64,000 nt of DNA from an uncultured Gemmatimonadaceae bacterium. Lineage in GTDB: Bacteria > Gemmatimonadota > Gemmatimonadetes > Gemmatimonadales > Gemmatimonadaceae. The stretch's first letter is position 1, and each line of letters starts with the position of its first letter. This document shows positions 30,616 through 39,717 of this stretch, in pieces. The notes under the pieces are model-generated. The model was not told the origin of the DNA. It saw nothing but the letters and a program-made list of their open reading frames with translations, and did not search any database. The stretch lies in contig CAWBOC010000009.1 of assembly GCA_963790305.1 (NCBI GenBank), positions 128,001-192,000 on the forward strand. The letters run 5' to 3'. The translations under genes and the position numbers were made by a program.

Positions 30616-30686
30616 TGCCCCCTCGTCCAATGGCAGGACATCGGACTTTGGATCCGAGAATGGTGGTTCGAATCCACCGGGGGCAA
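30616..30686 (+). tRNA. tRNA-Gln (anticodon TTG)
   Basis: TGCCCCC/GGGGGCA acceptor, TCGGA-CTTTGGA-TCCGA anticodon arm; canonical ispE-tRNA-Gln-prs order. Confidence 0.96.
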
Positions 30687-30688
30687 TT

Positions 30689-30808
30689 GGGGGTCAGGAG
30701 TCAGGGGTCAGGGATCAGGGGGTGTCAGGGTGAAGGTTCGAGGAGAACGGCGCGTGCAATTCCTGAAACCTCTCCCCTGACACCCCTGACCCCTGACTCC
30801 TGACCCCC
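30689..30808. repeat. About 120-bp heptamer-armed element (copy 1; copy 2 at 59019-59140)
   Basis: GGGGTCA/GGAGTCA arms in inverted orientation; core GTGTCAGGGTGAAGGTTCGAGG...ATTCCTGAAACC shared with copy 2. Confidence 0.88.
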
Positions 30809-30815
30809 TTTATGA

Positions 30816-30844
30816 TTGACCTCGAGATCGTAATCGCCTATGCT
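30816..30844 (+). promoter_or_regulatory. Sigma70 promoter of prs
   Basis: TTGACC-17 bp-TATGCT. Confidence 0.65.
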
Positions 30845-30859
30845 TCAAGGCTGTAGCCA

Positions 30860-31816
30860 ATGGACGAGCTCCTAGTCCCGCGTCGCGGGTTCAAGCTCCT
30901 CGCGGGGACCGCCAACCGGGTGCTCGCCGAGGAAATTGGCCGGTGTCTCGGGGCCGAGCTGGCGAAGGTCACCGTCAGTCGGTTCGCCGACGGCGAGTGC
31001 TTCGTTCGCATCGACGAGAACGTCCGCGGCCACGATGTGTTCATCGTTCAGCCGACCAATCCACCGGCCGAGAACATGATGGAGCTGCTGCTCCTCATTG
31101 ACGCGGCACGGCGGGCGTCGGCGGCGCGGATCACCTGCGTGATGCCGTACTATGGCTACTCACGGCAGGACCGGAAGGACCAGCCGCGCGTCGCGATCGG
31201 AGCCAAGCTCGTGGCGAACATGATCGTGACGGCTGGGGCAGACCGGGTGCTGGGGATCGATTTCCATCAGCATCAGCTGCAGGGATTCTTCGACATTCCC
31301 GTCGATCATCTCTACGCAGCTCCGGTGTTCGTGTCGCACTACCGCAGGAAGCAGCTGCGAGAGCTGGCGGTCGTCGCGCCGGACGTCGGCTCGGCGAAGA
31401 TGGCGCGAGGGTTCGCGAAACGCTTGAACGGCACCTTCGCGATCATCGACAAGCGGCGTCCAGCGCCGAACGTGGCGGAGGTGCTGAACGTCGTCGGTGA
31501 TGTCGAGGGACGGGACTGTCTCATCCCCGATGACATGATCGATACCGCGGGGACGGTGACCGAGGCAGCGCGAGTGCTGAAGGGGTTGGGTGCCGAAGAT
31601 ATCTACGTGTGCGCGACGCACGCGCTGTTGTCAGGACCGGCGGTGGAACGCATCCGCGACGCGCCGATCGCCGAGATCGCGGTGACCGACAGCGTCGCGA
31701 TTCCCGACGATCGCCGGCAGCTGAAGCAGCTGAAGGTGCTGTCCGTCGGGGAGCTGCTGGCGAAGGCGATTCGGTACACGCACTTCGATCAGTCGGTTAG
31801 TTCACTCTTTGAATAG
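30860..31816 (+). CDS. prs: Ribose-phosphate pyrophosphokinase
   Basis: RFADGE, PYYGYSRQDRK, QGFFDIPVD, DDMIDTAGT. Confidence 0.98.
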   Translation: MDELLVPRRGFKLLAGTANRVLAEEIGRCLGAELAKVTVSRFADGECFVRIDENVRGHDVFIVQPTNPPAENMMELLLLIDAARRASAARITCVMPYYGYSRQDRKDQPRVAIGAKLVANMIVTAGADRVLGIDFHQHQLQGFFDIPVDHLYAAPVFVSHYRRKQLRELAVVAPDVGSAKMARGFAKRLNGTFAIIDKRRPAPNVAEVLNVVGDVEGRDCLIPDDMIDTAGTVTEAARVLKGLGAEDIYVCATHALLSGPAVERIRDAPIAEIAVTDSVAIPDDRRQLKQLKVLSVGELLAKAIRYTHFDQSVSSLFE

Positions 31817-31818
31817 CC

Positions 31819-31922
31819 AACGGCACAGATGTCAGATGTCAGAATACAGAGCTCAGAAATCAGAATGCGGCGGGCGGGCGATGTCTGACATCTGATTCCT
31901 GTATTCTGACCTCTGACATCTT
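31819..31922. repeat. Heptamer (AGAnnTC) inverted element; gene-less counterpart of the four-helix-bundle cassette
   Basis: Five AGAnnTC-like units, a spacer, then five inverted units; both ends match the cassette ends (30/32 and 18/18). Confidence 0.88.
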
Positions 31923-31958
31923 GAAGTTCACGAATACTTCCTTTGGAGATCCTGTAGC

Positions 31959-32618
31959 ATGGCAACCGCAACCCTGAACGCCACCCCGCGAACCGACGTC
32001 GGCAAGGGCGCCGCCCGCAAGCTCCGCGCGAGCCTTCGCATCCCCGGCGTCGTTTACGGCCATCACCGCGAGGCCACCCCGCTCGCGATTGACGGGCGCG
32101 AGCTCGAGAAGCTGCTCGGCTCGATCGCTCCCGGCACGACCGTCGTCGAGCTCCACCTCGGCGGGCGCATGTCGAAGACGCTCATCCGCGAGATCCAGCG
32201 TCACCCGTACAAGCGTCAGGTGCTGCACATCGACTTCCAGGAGCTCGTTGCCGGTGAGAAGATCACCGTGAACGTTCCGATTCTGCTCGTTGGCACCGCC
32301 GCGGGCGTGAAGGACGGCGGCACGGTCGAGGAAGTCATGCGCGAGGTGTCGATCGAGGTCGATCCCGCCAACATTCCCAACCACTTCGAGATCGACATCT
32401 CGGCGCTCGGGATCAACGACTCGGTGCACGTGAGCGACATCAAGGTGCCCGAGGGCGTCGAGCTCCTCGAGGACCTGGAGGCGACGGTCGCCGTCGTCGC
32501 TCCGCCGCGGGTTGAGGAGGAGCCGCCCGCACCCGTCGAGGGCGCCGTGGAAGCGGCCCCCGAGCCGGAGCTCATCCGCAAGACGAAGGATGAGGAAGAA
32601 GGCGGCGAGGGCGAGTAG
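31959..32618 (+). CDS. rplY: 50S ribosomal protein L25/Ctc
   Basis: GKGAARKLR, IPGVVYG, QRHP..LHIDF, acidic tail. Confidence 0.96.
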   Translation: MATATLNATPRTDVGKGAARKLRASLRIPGVVYGHHREATPLAIDGRELEKLLGSIAPGTTVVELHLGGRMSKTLIREIQRHPYKRQVLHIDFQELVAGEKITVNVPILLVGTAAGVKDGGTVEEVMREVSIEVDPANIPNHFEIDISALGINDSVHVSDIKVPEGVELLEDLEATVAVVAPPRVEEEPPAPVEGAVEAAPEPELIRKTKDEEEGGEGE

Positions 32619-32635
32619 CGCTTCTTGTCAGGCGC

Positions 32636-33220
32636 TTGAAGGTGATCGTGGGCCTGGGCAATCCGGGCCGAGAGTACGAGCTCACGCGGCACAACGTCGG
32701 CTGGATGGTCGTCGACCATCTGGCCGACGTTTGGCATTTCGACGGCTGGCGACGTGACGGCGACTCGCTGGTCGCCGCCGGACGCGCGGTTGGCTGTGCC
32801 GTGCGACTCGTGAAGCCGCAGACCTTCATGAATCTGAGTGGAGGCGCACTGCGGCCGTATCTCCGCCGTCCCATGTTCGATCCCCCGAAGGACCTCCTCG
32901 TCATCGTCGACGACGTCGCGCTCCCCCTCGGCCGCCTGCGCCTGCGGCCCGAGGGAAGTGCGGGCGGGCACAACGGCCTCAAGAGCATCGAGGGGGCGCT
33001 ATCATCACGCACGTACGCGAGAGCACGTGTCGGTGTGGCACCTCTCGATCCACGACGGCGCGGGCCGGACCTCGCCGACTTCGTGCTGTCCCCGTTCGCG
33101 AAGGATGAGCGCGTCGAGATGCTCGCCCAAATGTCGCGCTACACGAGCGCCGTAGAGACCTGGCTCACTGATGGTATCGAGCGCGCAATGAGCCTCTACA
33201 ACCGGGAGCCACCCGAGTAA
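32636..33220 (+). CDS. pth: Peptidyl-tRNA hydrolase
   Basis: [32 protein letters not shown] start. Confidence 0.97.
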   Translation: MKVIVGLGNPGREYELTRHNVGWMVVDHLADVWHFDGWRRDGDSLVAAGRAVGCAVRLVKPQTFMNLSGGALRPYLRRPMFDPPKDLLVIVDDVALPLGRLRLRPEGSAGGHNGLKSIEGALSSRTYARARVGVAPLDPRRRGPDLADFVLSPFAKDERVEMLAQMSRYTSAVETWLTDGIERAMSLYNREPPE

Positions 33221-35265
33221 TGCTGACCAACGTTGCGTTCTTCGCCTGGTGGGCCGGAGCGATCGGCATGGCGCTCGCGCTCGCGCTGTATCTGTGGATT
33301 CGTCGGCAGCCGCAGGGGAATGACGTGATGCGTGGCATTGCCGAGCAGATCCACACCGGGGCCATGGCGTTTCTGCGACGTGAGTACATGGTCGTCGTTC
33401 CCTTTCTGCTCGTGGTGGGCGCGCTGCTCTACCGCGCCGTGGGCGAGCGCACCGGCTACGCCTACGTCGCCGGGGGTCTGTGCTCGATCATCGCCGGCCT
33501 TGCCGGGATGAAGGCGGCCACGCGCGCCAACGTCCGTACCAGCGAGGCCGCGCGCGGGACCGGTCAGGCCCGCGCGCTCCGCATCGCGTTCGACGGTGGC
33601 GCGGTCATGGGCCTCAGCGTCGCCAGCCTCGGCTTGTTAGGCATTGGCGTCATCTTCAGCTGGCTCGTGCCCGGAATCGTCACCAACGATCAGTGGCGCG
33701 AATTCTCGGAGACGATCGCCGGGTTCGCGATGGGCGCGAGCTCGGTCGCGCTCTTTGCGCGCGTCGGGGGCGGGATTTACACGAAGGCGGCGGACGTCGG
33801 CGCGGATCTGGTGGGGAAGGTCGAGGAGGGCATCCCCGAGGACGACCCGCGCAATCCGGCGACGATCGCCGACAACGTCGGCGACAACGTCGGTGACGTC
33901 GCGGGCATGGGCGCCGACATCTTCGAGAGCTACGTGGGGGCGGTGATCGCGACGATCGCCATAGCCGCCACCATGCCGACGATCACGAACAACTTCAACG
34001 CGGTCTCGCTGCCAATCGCCTACTCGATGGCGGGGCTCGTGGCGTCGATTGCCGGCATCGGACTCATGCGCGTGCTCGCGCGCGGCAATCCGGCGAACGC
34101 GCTGCGAATGACCACCTTCGCGGCGGCGGGACTCTTTCTCGTGTTCGCGTTCGGCCTCACGCTGCTCCTGCCCATCGGACAGACGCGCGGTGACGGCTCC
34201 GCCTTCCCTGTCACCGGGCCATTCTGGGCCGTCGTCGCAGGGACGCTGGCCGGCATCCTGATCGGGCTCGTCACCGAGTTCTACACGGCCGGCCCCCCGG
34301 TCCGCCGCATCGCGGCATCCTCGACCACTGGTGCGGCGACGAACATCATCGCCGGCCTGGCGGTGGGAATGCAGAGCGCGGTCATCCCGATTCTCCTCAT
34401 CGCTCTGGCGACGTACTCGTCGTTTGCCGCCGCGGGACTCTATGGCATTGCCATCGCCGCCGTCGGCATGCTGGCCACCGTGGGGGTGACGATGTCGGTC
34501 GATGCCTACGGCCCGATCGCCGACAACGCGGGTGGCATCACGCAGATGGCGCACCTCGGCCCCGACGTCCGCCGCATCACCGATGGACTCGACGCGTTAG
34601 GCAACACGACCGCCGCCATCGGCAAGGGCTTCGCGATCGGAAGCGCCGCCCTGACCGCGCTCGCGCTCTTCAGCGCCTATGCGACGGCCGTGGGACTGGG
34701 CGATCGCGGCCTCGACCTGCTCAATCCGATGGTCGTCATCGGTCTCTTCATGGGCGGCGTGATGCCGTTCTTCATCGGGGCGACGACGATGACGGCGGTC
34801 GGCCGCGCGGCGCAGGGAATGGTCGCGGAAGTTCGGCGTCAGTTCCGCGAGATCCCGGGCCTTCGCGAGGGAACCGCAAAGCCCGACTCGGCACGGTGCG
34901 TCGACATTTCGACGCGTGCGGCGCTTCGGGAGATGATCCTCCCCGGCATGAGCGCCGTGGTCGTTCCGGTGATCGTGGGTCGGTTCATCGGAATCGAGGC
35001 GCTCGGCGGCCTGCTCGCCGGCGCCACGGTAACCGGGGTGGTGCTCGCGCTGTTCATGGCGAATGCGGGCGGAGCGTGGGACAACGCGAAGAAGTACATC
35101 GAGGCGGGGGCGTACGGGGGCAAAGGCGGTGAGCCCCACAAGGCAGCGGTGGTCGGCGATACGGTCGGGGATCCGTTCAAGGATACGGCAGGGCCGAGTC
35201 TCAACATTCTCATCAAGTTGATGAGCGTGGTGAGTTTGGTGCTGGCCCCGTGGTTCATTTCGTGA
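33220..35265 (+). CDS. hppA: Membrane-bound ion-translocating pyrophosphatase, K+-dependent, probably Na+-pumping
   Basis: [42 protein letters not shown]. Confidence 0.96.
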   Translation: MLTNVAFFAWWAGAIGMALALALYLWIRRQPQGNDVMRGIAEQIHTGAMAFLRREYMVVVPFLLVVGALLYRAVGERTGYAYVAGGLCSIIAGLAGMKAATRANVRTSEAARGTGQARALRIAFDGGAVMGLSVASLGLLGIGVIFSWLVPGIVTNDQWREFSETIAGFAMGASSVALFARVGGGIYTKAADVGADLVGKVEEGIPEDDPRNPATIADNVGDNVGDVAGMGADIFESYVGAVIATIAIAATMPTITNNFNAVSLPIAYSMAGLVASIAGIGLMRVLARGNPANALRMTTFAAAGLFLVFAFGLTLLLPIGQTRGDGSAFPVTGPFWAVVAGTLAGILIGLVTEFYTAGPPVRRIAASSTTGAATNIIAGLAVGMQSAVIPILLIALATYSSFAAAGLYGIAIAAVGMLATVGVTMSVDAYGPIADNAGGITQMAHLGPDVRRITDGLDALGNTTAAIGKGFAIGSAALTALALFSAYATAVGLGDRGLDLLNPMVVIGLFMGGVMPFFIGATTMTAVGRAAQGMVAEVRRQFREIPGLREGTAKPDSARCVDISTRAALREMILPGMSAVVVPVIVGRFIGIEALGGLLAGATVTGVVLALFMANAGGAWDNAKKYIEAGAYGGKGGEPHKAAVVGDTVGDPFKDTAGPSLNILIKLMSVVSLVLAPWFIS

Positions 35266-35270
35266 GACAG

Positions 35271-35788
35271 AAGATGTCAGAGGTCAGACGTCAGATTTCA
35301 GAATTCAGAGGGCGCCAGTGGAGACTTGCTGTCGTTTCTCGCGTGAATGGCTTTGAGCAGACCGGTCAGCATGCGTTTGACCTCGCGAGTGTTCCGATCG
35401 TAGGGTGGCGTAGCGGTCACCCGACAGGTAACCGAGATCGCGTGACAGCAATAGGTGATACTCGAGTTCAATCGCAGACCCGAGCGCTATCTTGATGAAG
35501 CGCGCTAGTTCAGCCTGCGATGCGCGTCCGCATCCCTCGACAATGTTCGCGCTGACGGACACGGCAGCGCGCCTTGCCTGCGTGGCAAGACCCTTATCGC
35601 GACGGAGCGCGCTCGACGACTCTCGGTAGACCTGAAGCGTGAGGGCGTGCGCCTTCCTCCACACGAGCAAGCGCTGAAAGTCGATCATGCTCGATGAGAG
35701 CAGTTGCGCTTCCATCGGACGACGCAGACATCCTGGTGCACTCTGAAATCTGACATTCTGTATTCTGACGTCTGACATCTTTGCCGTT
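35271..35788 (-). mobile_element. Putative heptamer-repeat-bounded cassette carrying a four-helix-bundle gene
   Basis: Inverted arrays of AGAnnTC (35271-35310 and 35741-35781) bracket one antisense gene inside a conserved operon. Mobility is inferred; no transposase is present. Confidence 0.55.
35298..35688 (-). CDS. Four-helix-bundle protein (23S rRNA-IVP / Avd-like family); one extra base near 35393
   Basis: DFQRLLVWRKA, QARRAAVSVSANIVEGCGR, RFIKIALGSAIELEYHL; the typical EVKRMLTGL helix is restored by removing one base (129 aa). Confidence 0.9.
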
Positions 35789-35802
35789 CACAACGAACCC
35801 AA

Positions 35803-36903
35803 ATGCTGAAGCTCGGAATCGTCGGCCTCCCCAACGTCGGAAAATCCACGCTGTTCAACGCTCTAACGGCGGCCGCCGCCCCCGCGGAGAACTACCCGTT
35901 CTGCACCGTCGACCCCAACGTCGGCATCGTCGAGGTCCCCGACCCCCGCCTCGGCAAGCTCGCCGAGATCGTCAAGCCGAACCGCACCGTCCCGGCCGTC
36001 GTGCAGTTCGTCGACATTGCAGGACTCGTAAAGGGCGCGGCGCAGGGGGAGGGGCTCGGCAACAAGTTCCTCGCGAACATCCGGGAGACGGACGCCATCG
36101 TGCACGTGGTGCGGTGCTTCGAGGACCCCGATGTGCTGCACGTCATGGGCTCCGTGGACCCGGTGCGCGACCGCGAAGTCATCGAGTTCGAGTTGGCGCT
36201 CGCCGACCTCGCATCGGTCGAGAAGCGGCTCGATCGCGTGCAGCGTGCGGCGCGGGCCGCGGAAAAGGAAGCCCTCACCGAGCTGCCGGTGATCGAGCGC
36301 GCCCACAAGCTCCTTTCCGAGGGGCGCGGGCTGTGGGAGGCGCGCCTGACGAGCGAGGAGCTTGCGCTGCTCGCGCCGCTAGGGCTGTTGACGGTGAAGC
36401 CGGTGCTGTACGCGGCCAACGTCGGCGATGCCGAGCTCGCCGGCGACGAAGGGCCGCACCTCCGCGCGCTGCGCGAGGCCGTGGCGCGCAGCGGGGAGCA
36501 CGCCGAGGTCGTTCCCTTCTCCGCGAAGATCGAAGCCGAGCTGCGTCAGCTGCCGCCCGAGGACCGCGCCGACTTTCTCGCGTCGTTAGGGCTGGAGGAG
36601 GCCGGTCTCGACCGCGTCATCCACGCCGGCTACCACCTCCTCGGTCTGCAGACGTATTTCACCGCCGGCGAGCAGGAAGTGCGCGCGTGGACGATCCATC
36701 GCGGTGACACGGCGCCCCGCGCGGCCGGCGTGATCCATACCGATTTCGAGCGAGGGTTCATCCGCGCGGAGACGGCGGGCTACGACGACTTCGTGTCTAC
36801 CGGAGGCTGGAAGGGGGCAAAGGAGCGCGGAATCGTGCGGTCCGAGGGAAAGGAGTACGTCGTCCGCGACGGCGACGTGATGCTCTTCCGCTTCAACGTC
36901 TAG
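35803..36903 (+). CDS. ychF: Ribosome-binding ATPase YchF
   Basis: GLPNVGKST, NYPFCT, DIAGLV, GEGLGNKFL, IHTDFERGFIRAE. Confidence 0.98.
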   Translation: MLKLGIVGLPNVGKSTLFNALTAAAAPAENYPFCTVDPNVGIVEVPDPRLGKLAEIVKPNRTVPAVVQFVDIAGLVKGAAQGEGLGNKFLANIRETDAIVHVVRCFEDPDVLHVMGSVDPVRDREVIEFELALADLASVEKRLDRVQRAARAAEKEALTELPVIERAHKLLSEGRGLWEARLTSEELALLAPLGLLTVKPVLYAANVGDAELAGDEGPHLRALREAVARSGEHAEVVPFSAKIEAELRQLPPEDRADFLASLGLEEAGLDRVIHAGYHLLGLQTYFTAGEQEVRAWTIHRGDTAPRAAGVIHTDFERGFIRAETAGYDDFVSTGGWKGAKERGIVRSEGKEYVVRDGDVMLFRFNV

Positions 36904-36954
36904 CCAGTAGCCGGCGCCTCACGACCTCGCTACATTTCTCAGCTCACAACTGAC

Positions 36955-37018
36955 ACCCTCCTCCTGCTCCGGCAACCAGCGGGGGGCGGCCATTACGACC
37001 AAAGGGAGGCTTGCCACT
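36955..37018 (+). promoter_or_regulatory. Probable S6:S18 autoregulatory leader RNA
   Basis: CCTCC can pair with SD GGAGG; inner stem CTCCTGCT/AGCGGGGG; unpaired CCA just before the SD; correct location. Confidence 0.55.
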
Positions 37019-37381
37019 GTGACCCGCCAGTACGAAGCGGTCTACATCTTCGACTCCACGCTCGAAGACACCGCAATCAACGACAAGATCTCACGCTTTC
37101 ACGGTCTCCTCGCCGCGACCGGCGATGTCGCCGTCGACCATTGGGGACGCCGCCAGCTCGCGTATCCCATCGGGCAGAAGGAAAACGGCTACTACGCCAT
37201 CGCGCGCTTCGAGGCGGAGCCCGCGAAGCTCCCCGAATACGAGCGCGCGCTCAAGCTCGATGACGGCGTCGTGCGCTATCTCATCACACTGCACGAGCAC
37301 GAGGTCGGAGCGCCGGCGATCGAGCCGGGAAGCGAGATCGGCCTTCGTCGCCGCGATGACGACGAGGAGGACGAAGAATGA
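37019..37381 (+). CDS. rpsF: 30S ribosomal protein S6
   Basis: [21 protein letters not shown]. Confidence 0.97.
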   Translation: MTRQYEAVYIFDSTLEDTAINDKISRFHGLLAATGDVAVDHWGRRQLAYPIGQKENGYYAIARFEAEPAKLPEYERALKLDDGVVRYLITLHEHEVGAPAIEPGSEIGLRRRDDDEEDEE

Positions 37382-37605
37382 TGCGCCGACCCCAGAAGGC
37401 CTGCCCGTTCTGCGAATCGCGCATTCGCTACGTGGACTACAAGGATGACCGCACGCTTGGCCGCTTCATCACCGACCACGGCAAGATTCTGCCGAGCCGG
37501 TTGAGCGGAATGTGCGCGCGCCATCAGCGGCAGCTGTCGACGGCAATCAAACGGGCACGCTATCTCGCTCTGATTCCGTACATCAAGGGCCACCACCAGA
37601 CCTGA
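37378..37605 (+). CDS. rpsR: 30S ribosomal protein S18 (Zn-binding form)
   Basis: CPFC, VDYKD, GKILPSR, CARHQR, AIKRAR. Confidence 0.97.
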   Translation: MMRRPQKACPFCESRIRYVDYKDDRTLGRFITDHGKILPSRLSGMCARHQRQLSTAIKRARYLALIPYIKGHHQT

Positions 37606-37607
37606 GC

Positions 37608-38657
37608 ATGGCCGACGGCCTTGCGCCGGCGCCGCGCGAGCGAGGGTGGGCGCGTCTCGCCTTTGCTCTCGCGGCGTTCTTGTTGGTCCCACTCTTCCCG
37701 GCCGTGCGCGCGGTGCTCCCGGTGGAGCACACGCTCATACTGCTCGTTCCCACCATCGCCGTCTGCTTCCTCCTCGGCTGGTGGGCCGGCGGACGGTTGT
37801 CGCTGGCGCTGGTGTGGCTGGCGTTCGCAGCGTGGGTGCTCGCGCCAGGATCCCCCGACGGTCGGTGGCTCGTACTACGATCTGGCTCGGGCGTGGGGGC
37901 TGCTCCTCGCCGGGGCGTTCGGTGTGACGTGCATCCTCGGCAAACCAGGGCCCTTCTTCACGCGCGTGCTCTCGGCGATCGGCCTGGCGCTGCTCGTTGG
38001 GCTCGCTCATGGGTTGGCGGGGCGCACGTCGTTTCGTCGTGTCGAACGCGTGCTCGATGAGCAATACGAAGTACGCAATCGCCAATCGGTGGAGGCGCTC
38101 GGCATATCGCTGCGCAGCGTGGCCGACCGCGTGCCATCGATGCGTGACGTCATGACGAGCGAGACAGTGGATCAAACCGCCTTCGAGCTCAACCGCTTGT
38201 CGGAGGGCGCCTCGCCGTTGTTCCCTGCCCTGCTCGCGCTCGAGTCGCTCGTCGTGTGCGCGCTGGCGTGGACGTTGTATCACCGCCTCGTCGCGCGCCC
38301 GTATCGGCCCGCCGCTGGCGGCGCTGCGGGAGTTTCGCTTTCACGACCACCTGGCCTGGGGCCTGATCGTCGGGCTCACCCTCGTGCTGCTGCCGGCGTT
38401 CGGCTCACTCGCAAGGCTCGGACAGAACCTGGTATTGTTCTTTGGTATGTTGTACGCGTTGCGCGGTCTTGGCGTGCTCGACAGCTTCGTTCGACGCAGT
38501 GCCGCGCTCGTGGCGATCGCCGCGGTGATCGCGATCCTCAATCCTCGTCCCTACGCTGCCCTCGCTGGCGCTCGCCGTGATGCTGGCGCTGTTCGCCGTG
38601 CTGGGTGTGAGCGATGCGTGGGGAGACTGGCGGCGACGCCTGCGCGCCGCATCCTGA
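37608..38657 (+). CDS. YybS/DUF2232-like membrane protein (about three frameshifts)
   Basis: Hydrophobic segments across frames; LREFRFHDHLAWG, YALRGLGV and LGVSDAWGDWR tail; typical rpsR-rplI position. Confidence 0.7.
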
Positions 38658-38689
38658 CCTCGTTCCACTGCACTACCGGAGCCCTTCTC

Positions 38690-39133
38690 ATGGAAATCAT
38701 TCTTCGCCAATCGGTCGAGAACCTCGGCAAGCCCGGTGACATCGTGAAGGTGTCGCCCGGGTACGCCCGCAACTACCTCCTTCCCCGCGGTCTCGCGTAC
38801 GAGGCGACGCCCGGCAACCGCAAGCGCATCGCGATGGAAAAGGCGCGGCTCGAGGCGGCCGAGGCGGAGCGCATCAAGGCGGCGCAGTCGCTCGCCGAGC
38901 GCCTGGAGAGCGTGCAGCTCACCTTCTCGGCCCGCGTCGGCGACGAGGAGAAGCTGTTCGGCTCGGTGACGACGGCCGACATCGCCCAGCAGCTCGAGGC
39001 ACAGGGCTTCGACATCGAGAAGCGGCAGATCGACCTGCACGAGCCGATCAAGTCGCTCGGCGTCTACAAGATCCCGGTGCGCCTGCACGCCGAGGTGAAG
39101 CCCGAGATCAAGGTGTGGGTGATCAAGCAGTAG
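38690..39133 (+). CDS. rplI: 50S ribosomal protein L9
   Basis: MEIIL..LGKPGDIV.V.PGYARNYLLP, KLFGSVT. Confidence 0.97.
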   Translation: MEIILRQSVENLGKPGDIVKVSPGYARNYLLPRGLAYEATPGNRKRIAMEKARLEAAEAERIKAAQSLAERLESVQLTFSARVGDEEKLFGSVTTADIAQQLEAQGFDIEKRQIDLHEPIKSLGVYKIPVRLHAEVKPEIKVWVIKQ

Positions 39134-39231
39134 GTGCGTCGAGGTGCTCGAGGTAGGTCGAGGTGGCTCGAGGTGACGACCGGTCGTCACCTTCGAGCAC
39201 CTCGAGCACCTCGAGCACCTCGAGCACCTCG
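39132..39231. repeat. Inverted 9-nt tandem-repeat hairpin (GAGGTGCTC / GAGCACCTC x4)
   Basis: Begins inside the rplI stop codon; centred on the perfect palindrome AGGTGACGACCGGTCGTCACCT (39171-39192). Confidence 0.88.
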
Positions 39232-39335
39232 GGCATTGGCATACCCAATGCCGCGTCCATACCGGAACAAAGACCTGTCGCCGACGGTACCACCGCCGAC
39301 GCAGTGCGTTCATCAGATTCCTGAACGGTCTCCGA

Positions 39336-39717
39336 ATGGCCCAGTCGACGACCACTCTCTTCGCTCGCCACCGCCCAACGCGCTGCTGCGCTCGCCCTCG
39401 ACCTCAAGGCCACCGACGTCGTCCTCCTCGATCTCTCCGGCGTTTCCGACGCCACTGACTTCTTCGTCATCGCCAGCGGCACCTCCGATACCCATGTTCG
39501 GTCCACGGCCGAACACATCATGGAGGGGCTCAAGAAACGAGAAGGTGTCGCACCGCACCACATCGAGGGTCTACAGCAGGGACGGTGGGTGCTGCTCGAT
39601 TACGTCGACGTGATCGTGCACGTCTTCCATCCGACACTGCGTGAGTTCTATCAGCTCGAACGTCTGTGGAGCGACGCCGAGCGCGTCCCGATGGACCGCG
39701 AGGGAGGACAACCGTGA
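39336..39717 (+). CDS. rsfS: Ribosome silencing factor (frameshift just after the start)
   Basis: DLKATDVVLLD, DFFVIASG, WVLLDYVDVIVHVF, REFYQLERLW; ATG 39336 is one base out of frame. Confidence 0.92.

Noticed and set aside
35298..35688. Diversity-generating retroelement (Avd-like gene)
   Set aside because: No reverse transcriptase and no TR/VR pair differing at adenines in the window.
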